Part shown: in pieces, positions 30,147 to 39,848 of the stretch
How the letters are laid out: the number at the start of each line of letters is the position of its first letter
Numbering within the stretch: position 1 is the first letter of the stretch
Source of the DNA: a virus
Strand: one strand, 5' to 3'
DNA: 64,000 nucleotides
IMG/VR virus record: IMGVR_UViG_3300007351_000003
Location: 4,022-68,021 of that record
Position numbers and translations under genes: made by a program
Notes under the pieces: generated by a model
Told to the model about the DNA's origin: nothing
The model's input: the letters and a program-made list of their open reading frames with translations, nothing else
Database searches by the model: none

Positions 30147-30239
30147 CTACATCATCTTTTTACCGCATTCAGGACAACCCTTCTTACCCTTCATGCCCTT
30201 CCCACTGCATGTGCTGCACTTCTTTTTCGGAACTGCCAT
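30147..30239 (-). CDS. 30-aa zinc-finger-like micropeptide (not in ORF track)
   Basis: MAVPKKKCSTCSGKGMKGKKGCPECGKKMM; SD AAGGAGGTGA. Confidence 0.55.
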   Translation of the reverse strand: MAVPKKKCSTCSGKGMKGKKGCPECGKKMM

Positions 30240-30277
30240 TAATGATCACCTCCTTTCAACTTGTCGCTTATTAGAAA

Positions 30278-30703
30278 TTACGGCACTTCAAAAAATCCAA
30301 GTGCCCCCTTGAACTTTTGAAACGGCAGTGGTTTGGTATCACGGAGAAGTAATGCGTAATCTCCCATAAACCAGTTCGACAGCGATTCTTTTACGCAGTC
30401 GTATATCACCGACTGCCCGACTATGCCGCCCCGCGGCAGTTCATCGAATGTCGGTAGTTTGATGTTGGTAAATTCGGAAATGAACCGTTGACAGAAATCA
30501 TATTCGCTTTTTGTCATGCCGATGGATGCGTGAATTTTGAACGGTCCTCGAAATTGACGCCATCCGGGACAGCCTTCCCAATCGCGGTTTTCAAGCGGCT
30601 TTATTTCCTCGGCAGCAAAGGCCCGTGCTCTTTCTGACGGATCGGTAATATCAGGCCGGACAATCAGCCACGCCCACGGTTGCCGTATGGATAATGCTTT
30701 CAT
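30278..30703 (-). CDS. ASCH-domain protein
   Basis: MKALSIRQPWAWLI, ENRDW, PRGGIVG, KGALGFFEV. Confidence 0.9.
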   Translation of the reverse strand: MKALSIRQPWAWLIVRPDITDPSERARAFAAEEIKPLENRDWEGCPGWRQFRGPFKIHASIGMTKSEYDFCQRFISEFTNIKLPTFDELPRGGIVGQSVIYDCVKESLSNWFMGDYALLLRDTKPLPFQKFKGALGFFEVP

Positions 30704-30736
30704 AATTTTTATCTCCCCGTAAATTCCAACTAAGCG

Positions 30737-31060
30737 TTATAACCCATACCATGTACTCATCGACCTTTGAAATTCGATTTCATCCTGTTCGGTCCATCTC
30801 CCTTTCTTTGCTTCATGCTGTCGAATCAGGCGATACACCTGTGGATAATACGGTTCATCTATCGCAACACAGATAAATGGCTTTCCTTTTTTCAGGAGCT
30901 TTCCGGCACGAGTGGTATCAATAAGATGCTCCGCATTAAAAAGACGATCCATCATCTGCTTGTTTTGATCGGCCAAAATACGCTTCAAATCGGACTCGTC
31001 CTTCTTTGTCATTTTACCGAATGTCGGTTCTGGTCCACCTCTTGGCATATAGTCCTCCAC
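30737..31060 (-). CDS. Hypothetical protein
   Basis: 107 aa, GGAGG SD; stop TAA lies in a TAAC half-site. Confidence 0.6.
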   Translation of the reverse strand: MEDYMPRGGPEPTFGKMTKKDESDLKRILADQNKQMMDRLFNAEHLIDTTRAGKLLKKGKPFICVAIDEPYYPQVYRLIRQHEAKKGRWTEQDEIEFQRSMSTWYGL

Positions 31061-31319
31061 AAAAAACGGATACGTTGTTCAACTGTTCGAGACAAAAATC
31101 ATAAAATGGCCGAAACCGAGCGGCGTTATATGGATTCTCTTTGCCACTTAAAGGGTCGATTTCTCCGATGCTTTCCTGAACGTGTACGCCGCGATTACCA
31201 TCCTTATCCGCATAAGGGATAACTGACCGAATCGTATATATTTCTCCCATCACGGTCGGAGGAGAATGTCTTTGAATATTTCGATCATCTATGCAAATTA
31301 CCTTATCTCCTATTTTCAT
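31014..31319 (-). CDS. Hypothetical protein (SH3-like MKIGDKVICID family)
   Basis: MKIGDKVICIDD...GEIYTI...YNAARFRP. Confidence 0.6.
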   Translation of the reverse strand: MKIGDKVICIDDRNIQRHSPPTVMGEIYTIRSVIPYADKDGNRGVHVQESIGEIDPLSGKENPYNAARFRPFYDFCLEQLNNVSVFCGGLYAKRWTRTDIR

Positions 31320-31338
31320 ATCGTCTCCCGAAAAGAAG

Positions 31339-31394
31339 GCCCAACCAGTCAGTCCTGCCGTCCAAAAGGACGGCAGCTGACTTCCCCGTTCCTG
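31339..31394. repeat. attC-like site
   Basis: GCCCAAC...GCCGTCC-AAAA-GGACGGC...GTTCCTG; near-copy of 48059-48115. Confidence 0.7.
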
Positions 31395-31484
31395 CCGTCG
31401 CTACGTAGAGGTGAAGTTGCGAAATTGCAATCGTTCCAACGCGGGCCATAAACTCTTTAGGCAAATCGCTTGCCTTATACGCCC

Positions 31485-31937
31485 TCACTGGTATTCGAGA
31501 ATAATTAGATTCCGTTTTTTAGTTCGTCCGACCTCGCGCCATCCACATTTTTTGAAACAACAACCCGGATTCGTGGATCGTATCTTTTTCTGATTAATGA
31601 ACGTGTATAGCCGCTCTCCGGGCCATCGGCTCCCAGCTCGTGACATTGCCTCCCGGATCAGGCCGGACGATAGGCGCGGCCCCTCGTTTCGGAAGACGGC
31701 ACAGTTGATTCCCTTGTTGCCTGATGCGTCGACGAATTTTCGCCAAATGAATATTGCATCGGCCTCCGGTGTGATGAGTGCCATATACTGCCCCGGTCCT
31801 GCCGTCTTTTTCGGCTGTCTGCCGTCCCGATATTGGTACGCCGAATAGTGCCGATTGTAGAGCGTCCGAAGGCGCGGATCACCGTCCCTGATTTCTATCC
31901 ATGAATCCACGCTTATCGGCATTTCAGTTTGAAGCAT
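31485..31937 (-). CDS. GNAT/Mom-like hypothetical protein
   Basis: LYNRHYS, CAVFRNEG..LSS.LIREA, STNPGCCFKKCGW; family assignment is inference; start uncertain (track gives 31973). Confidence 0.55.
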   Translation of the reverse strand: MLQTEMPISVDSWIEIRDGDPRLRTLYNRHYSAYQYRDGRQPKKTAGPGQYMALITPEADAIFIWRKFVDASGNKGINCAVFRNEGPRLSSGLIREAMSRAGSRWPGERLYTFINQKKIRSTNPGCCFKKCGWREVGRTKKRNLIILEYQ

Positions 31938-32328
31938 AGAACCTCGCCCAACCATCGTATCGACGGGTCGCAAGAACCACGCCCGTCATCCGGGTGTTCT
32001 CTGCCCGCAAGGTGCATGCGGCTAATAGCTACAAAATATAATCATGCCGTGATCGAAATCTGCTTTTAGCGCATCGAGCAAGCTACACTTACGACACGCG
32101 CCGCATGGTTCGGGATAAAAGCGATTCGAGCGGGCAGAGAACGGGGGCGAGTTGAGAACCTGTCCCCTCGGCTCAGGATTATGAGCTGGACATGTTTCTG
32201 GTTCAAGGCCGTCTATGCATCCAGAAAATAATAGTTTCCCGCAGTTTATATTATGGCATTCGCTCATACTCCCGATCCTCTTCGCCCCGATCCACCGCAA
32301 CTTTTACATTTCACCCAAACACTCATGG

Positions 32329-32790
32329 TTATTCCTCCTTATTCTCAGCGGCAAACTGTTCTTTCGTTTTTCCAAAGTGCTTTTCTGCGCACGGAAGGCA
32401 AAACCAGAAGGAGCAATACAAGCACTTGTACGCATTCGCCATTGAAACTTTACGACCGCATTGTTGGTGATCTTTACCGCTCAACCTTGCGGGGTGCGTT
32501 CCCTGGCAGGTCACATAGTCAGTAAATTCCGTGTCCATTCCGGTCCCGGTGATGGACTTGGTGCGCAGCTTCTCGACCTCGATGCACTGAACTTGATAGC
32601 GTTTTAGTACGGTCTGCTGTGATATTGGCAAGTTGCCTCCCTGACTAACCAGTCGTTCGTGTGGGATGCTTCGCACCCCACAACTCAGCGTTATCGTCCT
32701 ACTATCTCGCCCAAATTGGTCATTTCTTCGATTGACCATGCCGATTTTATAGTCGGCTGCATTGATGATTTCTTTGTGTATGAGGACCAT
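32329..32790 (-). CDS. Hypothetical protein with C-terminal zinc finger
   Basis: CGRKV...YKCLYCSFWFCLPCAEKHF. Confidence 0.5.
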   Translation of the reverse strand: MVLIHKEIINAADYKIGMVNRRNDQFGRDSRTITLSCGVRSIPHERLVSQGGNLPISQQTVLKRYQVQCIEVEKLRTKSITGTGMDTEFTDYVTCQGTHPARLSGKDHQQCGRKVSMANAYKCLYCSFWFCLPCAEKHFGKTKEQFAAENKEE

Positions 32791-32906
32791 TTTTTGACGG
32801 CCTCACTTGCATTCCGAGCAATAATTATGCCTGTTGTCCAAGAGCTTCTTATCTGCCATGCAAACATGATTTTCTCCTTTCCCGGGCGCGAATCAGAGCG
32901 CACGGA

Positions 32907-33374
32907 CTACCCTGTTGCCGCCGGCAATAGGTTTTTTGAATTAACAAAATCTATAACGCGCTGCCCAGATCCCAAAAGAATATGCGGCATAAACACAGCA
33001 TCAAAACTCATTGCGCCCATCTCGGCCGCTGTTATCTGCGCTTTGAGCATATCCCTGAGCATGGAACATACCGCGATTTTACCCTGTTCAAGGGCCATGG
33101 CATCATAATCTGCTTTTTTCATGCGTCGATGGCCGTTAAAAGGGTGTCTTTGCAGGTACATGGCCGCATACCCACGCCAGGACATGACGATAGAAACCGG
33201 CCGATCCCGGTGACGGAACTGTAGAATGGTTTCACCCTTGACGGTATCCTGCATGGTCCCGAACTGGGAGCAGCCAAAATCGGAAAGAATTTTTTCAAGG
33301 TCTGCAATTGCCTCTTTCCCACTTCTGGCGTGCTCATACGGCAAACTTTTAACCTTCTTTTTACGCTGTATCAT
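32907..33374 (-). CDS. Conserved phage hypothetical protein
   Basis: YEHARSG..A...LEKILSDFGC..FG...SWRGYAA motif; AAGGAG SD. Confidence 0.65.
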   Translation of the reverse strand: MIQRKKKVKSLPYEHARSGKEAIADLEKILSDFGCSQFGTMQDTVKGETILQFRHRDRPVSIVMSWRGYAAMYLQRHPFNGHRRMKKADYDAMALEQGKIAVCSMLRDMLKAQITAAEMGAMSFDAVFMPHILLGSGQRVIDFVNSKNLLPAATG

Positions 33375-33386
33375 GATTCTCCTTTC

Positions 33387-33584
33387 TTAAATTCCAGATC
33401 CCGCATCAGTCCTTGCCGTGTCTACTACAGTTTTTCTATCTACTGCCCGGATTATTCTCAATAACGGCTTCCGTAGTGGATTTTCGTGAATATGGGAAAG
33501 TCCGACACACAAACTCTCCCGCTTCTCCTTGGGGAGTTTAATGCGACTGATGAGTAAATAAACATGATGGCCGAAGATCTTCAC
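33387..33584 (-). CDS. Small hypothetical protein
   Basis: 65 aa, GTGA-coupled. Confidence 0.4.
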   Translation of the reverse strand: MKIFGHHVYLLISRIKLPKEKRESLCVGLSHIHENPLRKPLLRIIRAVDRKTVVDTARTDAGSGI

Positions 33585-33805
33585 GGGTGGAATCTCCTTT
33601 CCCTCCTGAGCACACCATCAATCCCGGCCTCCGGGTATTTCCGGTGCAACTCCTCGTACCCTTCCCTCTCCCGGCAAAGCTTCTCCTGGTCGCTGTGTGT
33701 TGAACAGTACCGCAACACATGGGAGGTAAAGTCCCTAGCCTTCTGTATGTCACGGGGTACAGCCGGTTGATTGTATCCGAGGTCTTCGTGAGGTGATGTA
33801 GACAT
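33581..33805 (-). CDS. Small hypothetical protein
   Basis: 74 aa directly after dnaB stop. Confidence 0.5.
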   Translation of the reverse strand: MSTSPHEDLGYNQPAVPRDIQKARDFTSHVLRYCSTHSDQEKLCREREGYEELHRKYPEAGIDGVLRRERRFHP

Positions 33806-33806
33806 A

Positions 33807-35195
33807 TCAATGCCCTCCGTATTTTTTTTCTGCGTTTTCGAACCGTGTGAACCTGTTCAGGAAAGTGAGATCCACCTTCCCAATGGGCCCGTTTCTCTGC
33901 TTCCCAATGATAACTTCTGCCCGGCCGCGCCTTTCACAAAGGCATTCACCGTCAATAGGACATTCACACTTGTTGTATACTTCGGCCCGGTAAATAAACA
34001 GGATCACGTCTGCGTCTTGCTCTATGGCTCCGGATTCTCTCAGGTCGGCAAGCATGGGCCGCTTTTCCTTCCCCGGCCTGTTTTCCACTGCTCGGTTCAA
34101 CTGGGAGAGCGCTATCACCGGTGTTTTCAGTTCCTTTGCCAGCGCCTTGAGTGATCGTGATATGTTTGATATTTCCTGTTCTCGGCTGCCCTCATTCCCC
34201 TTCCCGCGCATCAGCTGCAGGTAATCCACAATAACCAAGTCCAGCCCCTGATCCGCTTTTAATCTCCTTGCTTTTGCGCGCAGTTCGAGGGAGGAAATAG
34301 CTGCCGTATCATCGATATAAATTTCCGCATCCGACATTGTGCCGGCTGCATGGGAAAGGGGAGACCAGTCGCGTTCTGCCAATTGCCCGGTCCGGATTCG
34401 GTGCGCGTCCACCCTTGCCTGTGACCCCAGCATGCGAAGCACCAACTGCTCTTTCGACATTTCCAAACTGAACACTGCTACCTTCTGCCTTTTCTCGATT
34501 GCTGCATATTCAGCAATATTGAGAGCGAATGCGGTCTTTCCCATGGACGGTCGGCCAGCAATAATAATCAAATCGCTCGGCTGGAGGCCAGACAGCATGT
34601 CATCAAGATCCACAAACCCGGTTGCCACCCCAGTGATCTTCTCTTTTCTTTCATACAACCTCTCAATCATCCCAAAGCTATCCCCCACGATCTGGCGCAT
34701 GGGGGAAAATGAATCCTGAGTCTTCTTTTGGGCTATTGTGAATATCTTCTCTTCTGCTTGATCCAGAAGTTCGTCAATACTCATTGTGCGGGCATCGTCG
34801 TAACTCTGGGTGATGATGTCGGTAGCGGAGTGGATCAGTTGGCGCAGGACCGATTTTTCGCGTACAATCCGGGCGTGGTTTTTAATGTTCGCGGCAGTTG
34901 GGACCAAACTGACTAGAAACGCAAGATATGAGGCTCCGTCCACCTGTTCAAGGCCCACCTTGCCGCGGATCGCATCCGGGAGTGTAACCAGGTCAATTAC
35001 TTCCCCACCCTCATACATTTCCGCCATGACACTATAGATTCTACGATGGGAGTCTTTATAAAAATCATCGGCGGTCAGAAGGTCGACAACATTTTCTATT
35101 GCGGAATTTTCAATGAGTATGGCGCCCAGCACCATCTGTTCGGCTTCAAGGTTTTGCGGCGGCAGTTTCTGAAGGCTGATTTCACTTTGCGACAT
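33807..35195 (-). CDS. dnaB: Replicative DNA helicase
   Basis: LPPQNLEAEQ; AGRPSMGKT Walker A; VIVDYLQLM; LSQLNR; DLRESGAIEQDAD; IIGKQRNGP. Confidence 0.97.
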   Translation of the reverse strand: MSQSEISLQKLPPQNLEAEQMVLGAILIENSAIENVVDLLTADDFYKDSHRRIYSVMAEMYEGGEVIDLVTLPDAIRGKVGLEQVDGASYLAFLVSLVPTAANIKNHARIVREKSVLRQLIHSATDIITQSYDDARTMSIDELLDQAEEKIFTIAQKKTQDSFSPMRQIVGDSFGMIERLYERKEKITGVATGFVDLDDMLSGLQPSDLIIIAGRPSMGKTAFALNIAEYAAIEKRQKVAVFSLEMSKEQLVLRMLGSQARVDAHRIRTGQLAERDWSPLSHAAGTMSDAEIYIDDTAAISSLELRAKARRLKADQGLDLVIVDYLQLMRGKGNEGSREQEISNISRSLKALAKELKTPVIALSQLNRAVENRPGKEKRPMLADLRESGAIEQDADVILFIYRAEVYNKCECPIDGECLCERRGRAEVIIGKQRNGPIGKVDLTFLNRFTRFENAEKKYGGH

Positions 35196-36327
35196 TGAAT
35201 ATCTCCATTTCTTTTGCTTTATATAATCGCTGTAGTTCCGTCCACTTCATGCCGAATTTTTTAAATTCTGTGTTTGCCTCATCCGACATAACTGGTTGGC
35301 TGGTGTAGTTTACATTGTCCAATTCTTTGGCGAGTTCTTCTTGTGCGGCATTATATGTATTGCCCTCGGGCTTTTTGGGCTCCTGCCATTCCACCCAATC
35401 CTGCCAGTTATTGAACCAAGTGGATCCGTTTTTTGGTTTCTTCCATGCATTTTCCTTCATGGCAAGGTGCGTGATGTAGTTGTCAAGTGCCTTATCAATC
35501 TTGGCCAATTCATCCAGGGTGTTTACTGTAGCCTTAAAATGGCGTAATGCCTCTTTTTTACCATCCTTGTTGGGGTACCGGTTCCATCGGACCATAAATT
35601 CATTTTCATGATTAATCGACTTTTCTTTTGTAGTTTCTTTTGTAGAGTTTTCTTTTGTATGTCCTGTTTTCGGTAATGACTCTTTACCTTTTTCGGTAAC
35701 ACTCATTTCCTTTTTCGGTAAGGCCGTGCTTTTTCTTTTTTCGGTAATCATACTTCGCAAAAAAGTTGACATGGCTGTCCTATTAGTGTGTGACTTCCCG
35801 TGACAACTTTTACATAATGTGATTAAATTATCATCCGTGTTATTTGTCTGATTAAAATCAATATGATGGACAGGTAAAAATTCTTTCGTAATATGCCCTT
35901 CATATCCACAAACCATACACGCGTTACCATCGGTCACCCTTATCTTGTTTTTTATTTCTGTTATACTTACACGTCCTTTTAATATTTCCTTTTTCGGTAA
36001 TGGTTTCCATGTATGAAAATCTTTATTGAAACAGTATGTTGAACACCATCCGTTTCCTTTTTCGGTAACGTTGTTTCCTTTTTTGGTAATAAGATTCATC
36101 GAAGTCAATTTATTGATGGCTTGGCACACCCGTGTCTTTGACATGCCCGTACCATCTACAAATTGAGAAAGGGAAATATCATCTTCCTTTTTGTGCCATC
36201 CATATGTTTTCCTGAAAATGAAATCGAGAACTTGACGCGCTTCTCCAGGTATTCTTGTTTTGGCGAGCGCATCCATTATTTCATTTGCAATATCTGTATG
36301 GCCGTTTTCTGCTTGTGGATTTGCCAA
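35182..36327 (-). CDS. Replication initiator (lambda O-like N-terminus) with internal HNH domain
   Basis: QAENGHTDIANE...FIFRKTYGWHKKED; CxxC...VHHID...NLITLCKSCH; C-terminal RWNRYPNKDGK. Confidence 0.85.
   Translation of the reverse strand: MANPQAENGHTDIANEIMDALAKTRIPGEARQVLDFIFRKTYGWHKKEDDISLSQFVDGTGMSKTRVCQAINKLTSMNLITKKGNNVTEKGNGWCSTYCFNKDFHTWKPLPKKEILKGRVSITEIKNKIRVTDGNACMVCGYEGHITKEFLPVHHIDFNQTNNTDDNLITLCKSCHGKSHTNRTAMSTFLRSMITEKRKSTALPKKEMSVTEKGKESLPKTGHTKENSTKETTKEKSINHENEFMVRWNRYPNKDGKKEALRHFKATVNTLDELAKIDKALDNYITHLAMKENAWKKPKNGSTWFNNWQDWVEWQEPKKPEGNTYNAAQEELAKELDNVNYTSQPVMSDEANTEFKKFGMKWTELQRLYKAKEMEIFNVAK
35667..36089. repeat. Replication origin iterons (core TTTTCGGTAA)
   Basis: Copies at 35667, 35690, 35712, 35738, 35991, 36059 and a variant at 36081, inside the initiator gene. 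Confidence 0.85.
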
Positions 36328-36370
36328 AAATTTCTACCTCTCCAAGCCCCTCATCAGGCAGTGCATTACA

Positions 36371-37126
36371 CTACGACAGGTTCACCCCTGCCGCCTCGAG
36401 CAGGTCTTTTTTGAACATGTGCTTCTTCCCCAAATGCTCCATGAGGTTCTTGGCGTCCTGGTAGAACTTTCCCCAGTCGATTTCTTCCGCCCGAGGATCG
36501 TGGTTCCACTTGCCGATTTTGAATTCATCGACATACGGCGCCGCGAAGTACATGGCCCTCAGTGATTCCTTGGGACTAATTACGGGCTCTATAGAGGCCC
36601 ACGTCGATATACCGGCGTCCTTTGCCCGGGAAAGCATCTGTAATCGGTCGTCAGGTAATGCGGCTTTTGGTTCCCATTTTCTGGATAGGTCGTTATCCAT
36701 GAAAGTCAGGGTGGCGCCGATTTTGTTCCGGGGATCCTTCACCAGGAGGTCGAAGTCCTTTACCGCCCGGGTGCCGCCCTTGGTTAGAATGTTCACGGCG
36801 TTGCCGGAATCGGTTATGATCTTGAGTATGGACCGGGTGAGGCCATGGACATCGTGGTTGGCCGGGTAGACGTCGCATAGAAAGCAGAGAAATATCGGGT
36901 CCGGTATTTTCTCCGCGCAGTCTTTTGACATCCGAGCGAAAAGGTCAGGGACGGCCGTTACTGAAGCATGAAATTTTACTTTTCCTTCTGGGCCCTTCAT
37001 CCACTTGGCTGCCGGCGCATAGCAGTAACGGCATCCGTGATCGCATCCCGAGAAGATGTTCGCAGCATAGCCTTTATCCTGGTATTCTCCTGCCCTTCCT
37101 GATGGCGTGTAAAGTATCGGTCTCAA
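36371..37126 (-). CDS. Radical SAM protein (SPL-like family)
   Basis: CDHGCRYC CxxxCxxC; ILTKG; IGATLT; WASIEPV. Confidence 0.85.
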   Translation of the reverse strand: MRPILYTPSGRAGEYQDKGYAANIFSGCDHGCRYCYAPAAKWMKGPEGKVKFHASVTAVPDLFARMSKDCAEKIPDPIFLCFLCDVYPANHDVHGLTRSILKIITDSGNAVNILTKGGTRAVKDFDLLVKDPRNKIGATLTFMDNDLSRKWEPKAALPDDRLQMLSRAKDAGISTWASIEPVISPKESLRAMYFAAPYVDEFKIGKWNHDPRAEEIDWGKFYQDAKNLMEHLGKKHMFKKDLLEAAGVNLS

Positions 37127-37141
37127 GGTGTGGCTCCTTCC

Positions 37142-38320
37142 CTATAAAAGCAATCCTACTTGTGCTGTTCTCTCTTTCTGTAGGGGCTCATACGCCCGCT
37201 GGATCTCGCAGCCGATCCATTGCCGCCCCAGCTGCTCGGCAACTTGGCCGGCGGTCCCGCTTCCGAAAAACGGATCAAGAACAATGTCGCCCGCCCGGGA
37301 CCCTGCGAGGATGCAAGGTTCGATTAATTTTTCTGGGAACGTCGCAAAGTGTGATCCGCTATACGGTTGCGTCGCCACTTTCCAAACGGATCTTTTATTT
37401 CTCATCTCAACTACGTCTCGGACTGCGTTAGAAAAACTTGCATTCTGTTTACTTCCCTTGGCATTCATTGCGGCTTTCGGGTTGACACCCGCTTTTACCA
37501 TGTGATCTAAAGAACGCGCTATCGTCTGGCCTCCGGGCCCTCCGTCGGCATATTTGTGGCTGTCGCTTCGGCCCCGAGCATACCGGGCGTGCGTGTCAAG
37601 GGAGGCTGGTTCCATAATCGCCGCCGCATCGTAGTAGTAGCGTTCCGTCTTGGAAAGAAGAAAAATATATTCATGCGACTTCGTTGGGCGATCCTTTACG
37701 GACTCTGGCATACACTGCGCCTTCTCCCATACAATGTCACACCTGAGATACCAGCCGTCAGCACGCAGGGCAAAGGCCACCATCCACGGAATGCCGACGA
37801 GGTCTTTCTGTTTCAGCCCAGGCGGTACGGTATGCCCGAGCGTGTTCCCGACGTCCTTATACTTGTTGTCCGGCACTTGGTATGATCTCGCGGCCGCGTA
37901 TGTATCCCCAAGATTCAACCACAGCGTTCCGTCATCGGCCAAAAGATCCCGCACAAATCTGAAAATCTCAACTGAGTGCTCAACGTAAAGTTGCGGAGTA
38001 GGCTCAAGCCCGAAGCAGCCGAGCCATGCACCGCATTTCTGGCACCACGTATGACTTGAATCAAAGCGTGACCCGAGCGTATGGTTCGGATCGCTGGCCG
38101 TAGTGCTTCCAGCGTTTCCCTTTGTGGAGTTTTTGAAACCCGTTTCCTGCGGACCCCATTCGTGGTCACACTCAGTATCTCCACCCCACACTGTCGGGTT
38201 ATTCCCATAATCCCGCAGCCCCCAATATGGCGGACTCGTGACGCAGGTTTGTACCTTCACGCCGTCCACTATCAGGCGCTTCATTGTTTCCCTGCAATCT
38301 CCGAAAAAGCACTTATTCAC
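37142..38320 (-). CDS. Beta-class amino (N4-C/N6-A) DNA methyltransferase
   Basis: TSPPYW motif IV before DPFFGSGT motif I; HFATFP. Confidence 0.92.
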   Translation of the reverse strand: MNKCFFGDCRETMKRLIVDGVKVQTCVTSPPYWGLRDYGNNPTVWGGDTECDHEWGPQETGFKNSTKGNAGSTTASDPNHTLGSRFDSSHTWCQKCGAWLGCFGLEPTPQLYVEHSVEIFRFVRDLLADDGTLWLNLGDTYAAARSYQVPDNKYKDVGNTLGHTVPPGLKQKDLVGIPWMVAFALRADGWYLRCDIVWEKAQCMPESVKDRPTKSHEYIFLLSKTERYYYDAAAIMEPASLDTHARYARGRSDSHKYADGGPGGQTIARSLDHMVKAGVNPKAAMNAKGSKQNASFSNAVRDVVEMRNKRSVWKVATQPYSGSHFATFPEKLIEPCILAGSRAGDIVLDPFFGSGTAGQVAEQLGRQWIGCEIQRAYEPLQKERTAQVGLLL

Positions 38321-38340
38321 CCTTCAAACTCCTTCAGCCA

Positions 38341-38802
38341 TTATTTATTCTGCGCTTCTCTAAGTTTCATGTATTCACTGTTTGCCGGTATCTTGATATC
38401 GCAGCCAATGCTCTGGGCCCAGTCAAGTATTTCCGTGGTGTATTGGTATGCCTCTCCGACATCAAGTGCGGCAGTCGGTCTCAATACTTCATGGACTGTC
38501 TTTTTGCCGGTTACAACATCGGTGAATTCTCTCTGCACCCAGCCGAGAAATTTATTTTTCAACATATCTTTTACCCACTCAGGCGAACAATCAGTCCTGC
38601 CTTTGTTGATCAGGTATTTACTAATCTCCTGGTATATGACATGCTGAAATGCGTTTTGCGAAAGGGACCTATGCTCTCTCCATGGGGTAAAGGTGATGCG
38701 CCATCCTTCTTTCGGGATGCTCACTTTTAGCAACCGGGAGCATTCATCTATTTGCTCTGCGGTTGTTGCTCTGTATGATTGAGGAGTTGACATATTGACC
38801 AA
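38341..38802 (-). CDS. NinB/YbcN-like recombination protein
   Basis: RSLSQNA...EISKYL...VKDMLKNKFLG...TAALD. Confidence 0.75.
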   Translation of the reverse strand: MVNMSTPQSYRATTAEQIDECSRLLKVSIPKEGWRITFTPWREHRSLSQNAFQHVIYQEISKYLINKGRTDCSPEWVKDMLKNKFLGWVQREFTDVVTGKKTVHEVLRPTAALDVGEAYQYTTEILDWAQSIGCDIKIPANSEYMKLREAQNK

Positions 38803-39741
38803 CTATCCGCACAACCCGTATGCCGATTGACATTCCGATGAATCTATCAAAGCCATCATGTCCTGCTGCTTGCCTCCGTGCGTTGTCCGGGACCAGCGCA
38901 CTACATCGCGTATGCCCCGGCCCATGAGATCGCCCCGGCTGTCGTCCGGCGACGGGAAAAAAGAAGATTCCTGACGCTTGCTCGCCAGCGCAACCATGCT
39001 TTCCCATTCGGCTATACGTTCAATCTGCTCTGGAAACCGTTTTGAAATTTCCCGGATTTCCCCCTTCGCGGCATTGATGCAAGGCATGCAGCCCACTCGA
39101 TTCATTCCCATCGAATAAAGCGGGTTTGGCTTTATGCCGTGCCGAGCGTGTATCTTGAAACAGTCCTCGGCGGTCCAGTCCAATATCGGTCGGTAATTAT
39201 ACAGTCTGCCGTCGTCCACGCGCTCAAGAGGAAGGAGACGAGCCCGGCTCTCTGATTCGCTTGCTCGCACTCCCTGCCACGAGAAAACCATAAACGCCTC
39301 GTTGTCCAGTAGGTCAATATTGTATTCAAGTAGCGGCATGGTCTTCAAGAACTGTGTACAGAACTGGGCCTTTCGTGACGGGAAGCGCCCTTTCCAGATG
39401 CAAAGATCAAGGTACGGGTTCCCGGTCGGGACCAGTGCTTTTGCGGCCCGCTCGATCACGCCTTGCGGCACACCCTTATCCGCCCACTTCGACAGCACGT
39501 ACTCTTTCTTTCCCGCGATCTGCAGGATAAAATCCCGTTTCAGCCGGTCGATCTTGATTCCCAACTTGTACTCTAAATATTCCAGGTACTCGTAAACGAT
39601 AGGATGCTCGTTCCCTGTGTCGGCAAAGACAAACCGGCACTCATCCATGTTGTACTGCTCAATGGCAAGCAGTGCCGTTGCCGTTGAATCCTTCCCACTA
39701 CTCATCGATACCACGCGCAAAACTTTCAACATGAAAATCAC
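38803..39741 (-). CDS. PAPS-reductase-family (adenine nucleotide alpha hydrolase) protein
   Basis: SMSSGKDS PP-loop; FADTGNEH; QGVRASES; RVGCMPC. Confidence 0.88.
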   Translation of the reverse strand: MIFMLKVLRVVSMSSGKDSTATALLAIEQYNMDECRFVFADTGNEHPIVYEYLEYLEYKLGIKIDRLKRDFILQIAGKKEYVLSKWADKGVPQGVIERAAKALVPTGNPYLDLCIWKGRFPSRKAQFCTQFLKTMPLLEYNIDLLDNEAFMVFSWQGVRASESESRARLLPLERVDDGRLYNYRPILDWTAEDCFKIHARHGIKPNPLYSMGMNRVGCMPCINAAKGEIREISKRFPEQIERIAEWESMVALASKRQESSFFPSPDDSRGDLMGRGIRDVVRWSRTTHGGKQQDMMALIDSSECQSAYGLCG

Positions 39742-39848
39742 CCCTATCTAACTACACATTTTAAAATGATTCGATCCATTGGTTTCCCCCGGCTGCCATA
39801 CTGCGGTACGTGACCTACCGGCTTATTTGTGGGCTGGCCGGGGAAGAT

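Noticed and set aside
31303-31488. 61-aa ORF in the track
   Set aside because: Reads straight through the attC-like hairpin at 31339-31394 and has no recognisable motif; not listed as a gene
38803-39741. DndC-type phosphorothioation system
   Set aside because: Only a stand-alone PAPS-reductase-family gene; no dndA/B/D/E or ssp genes
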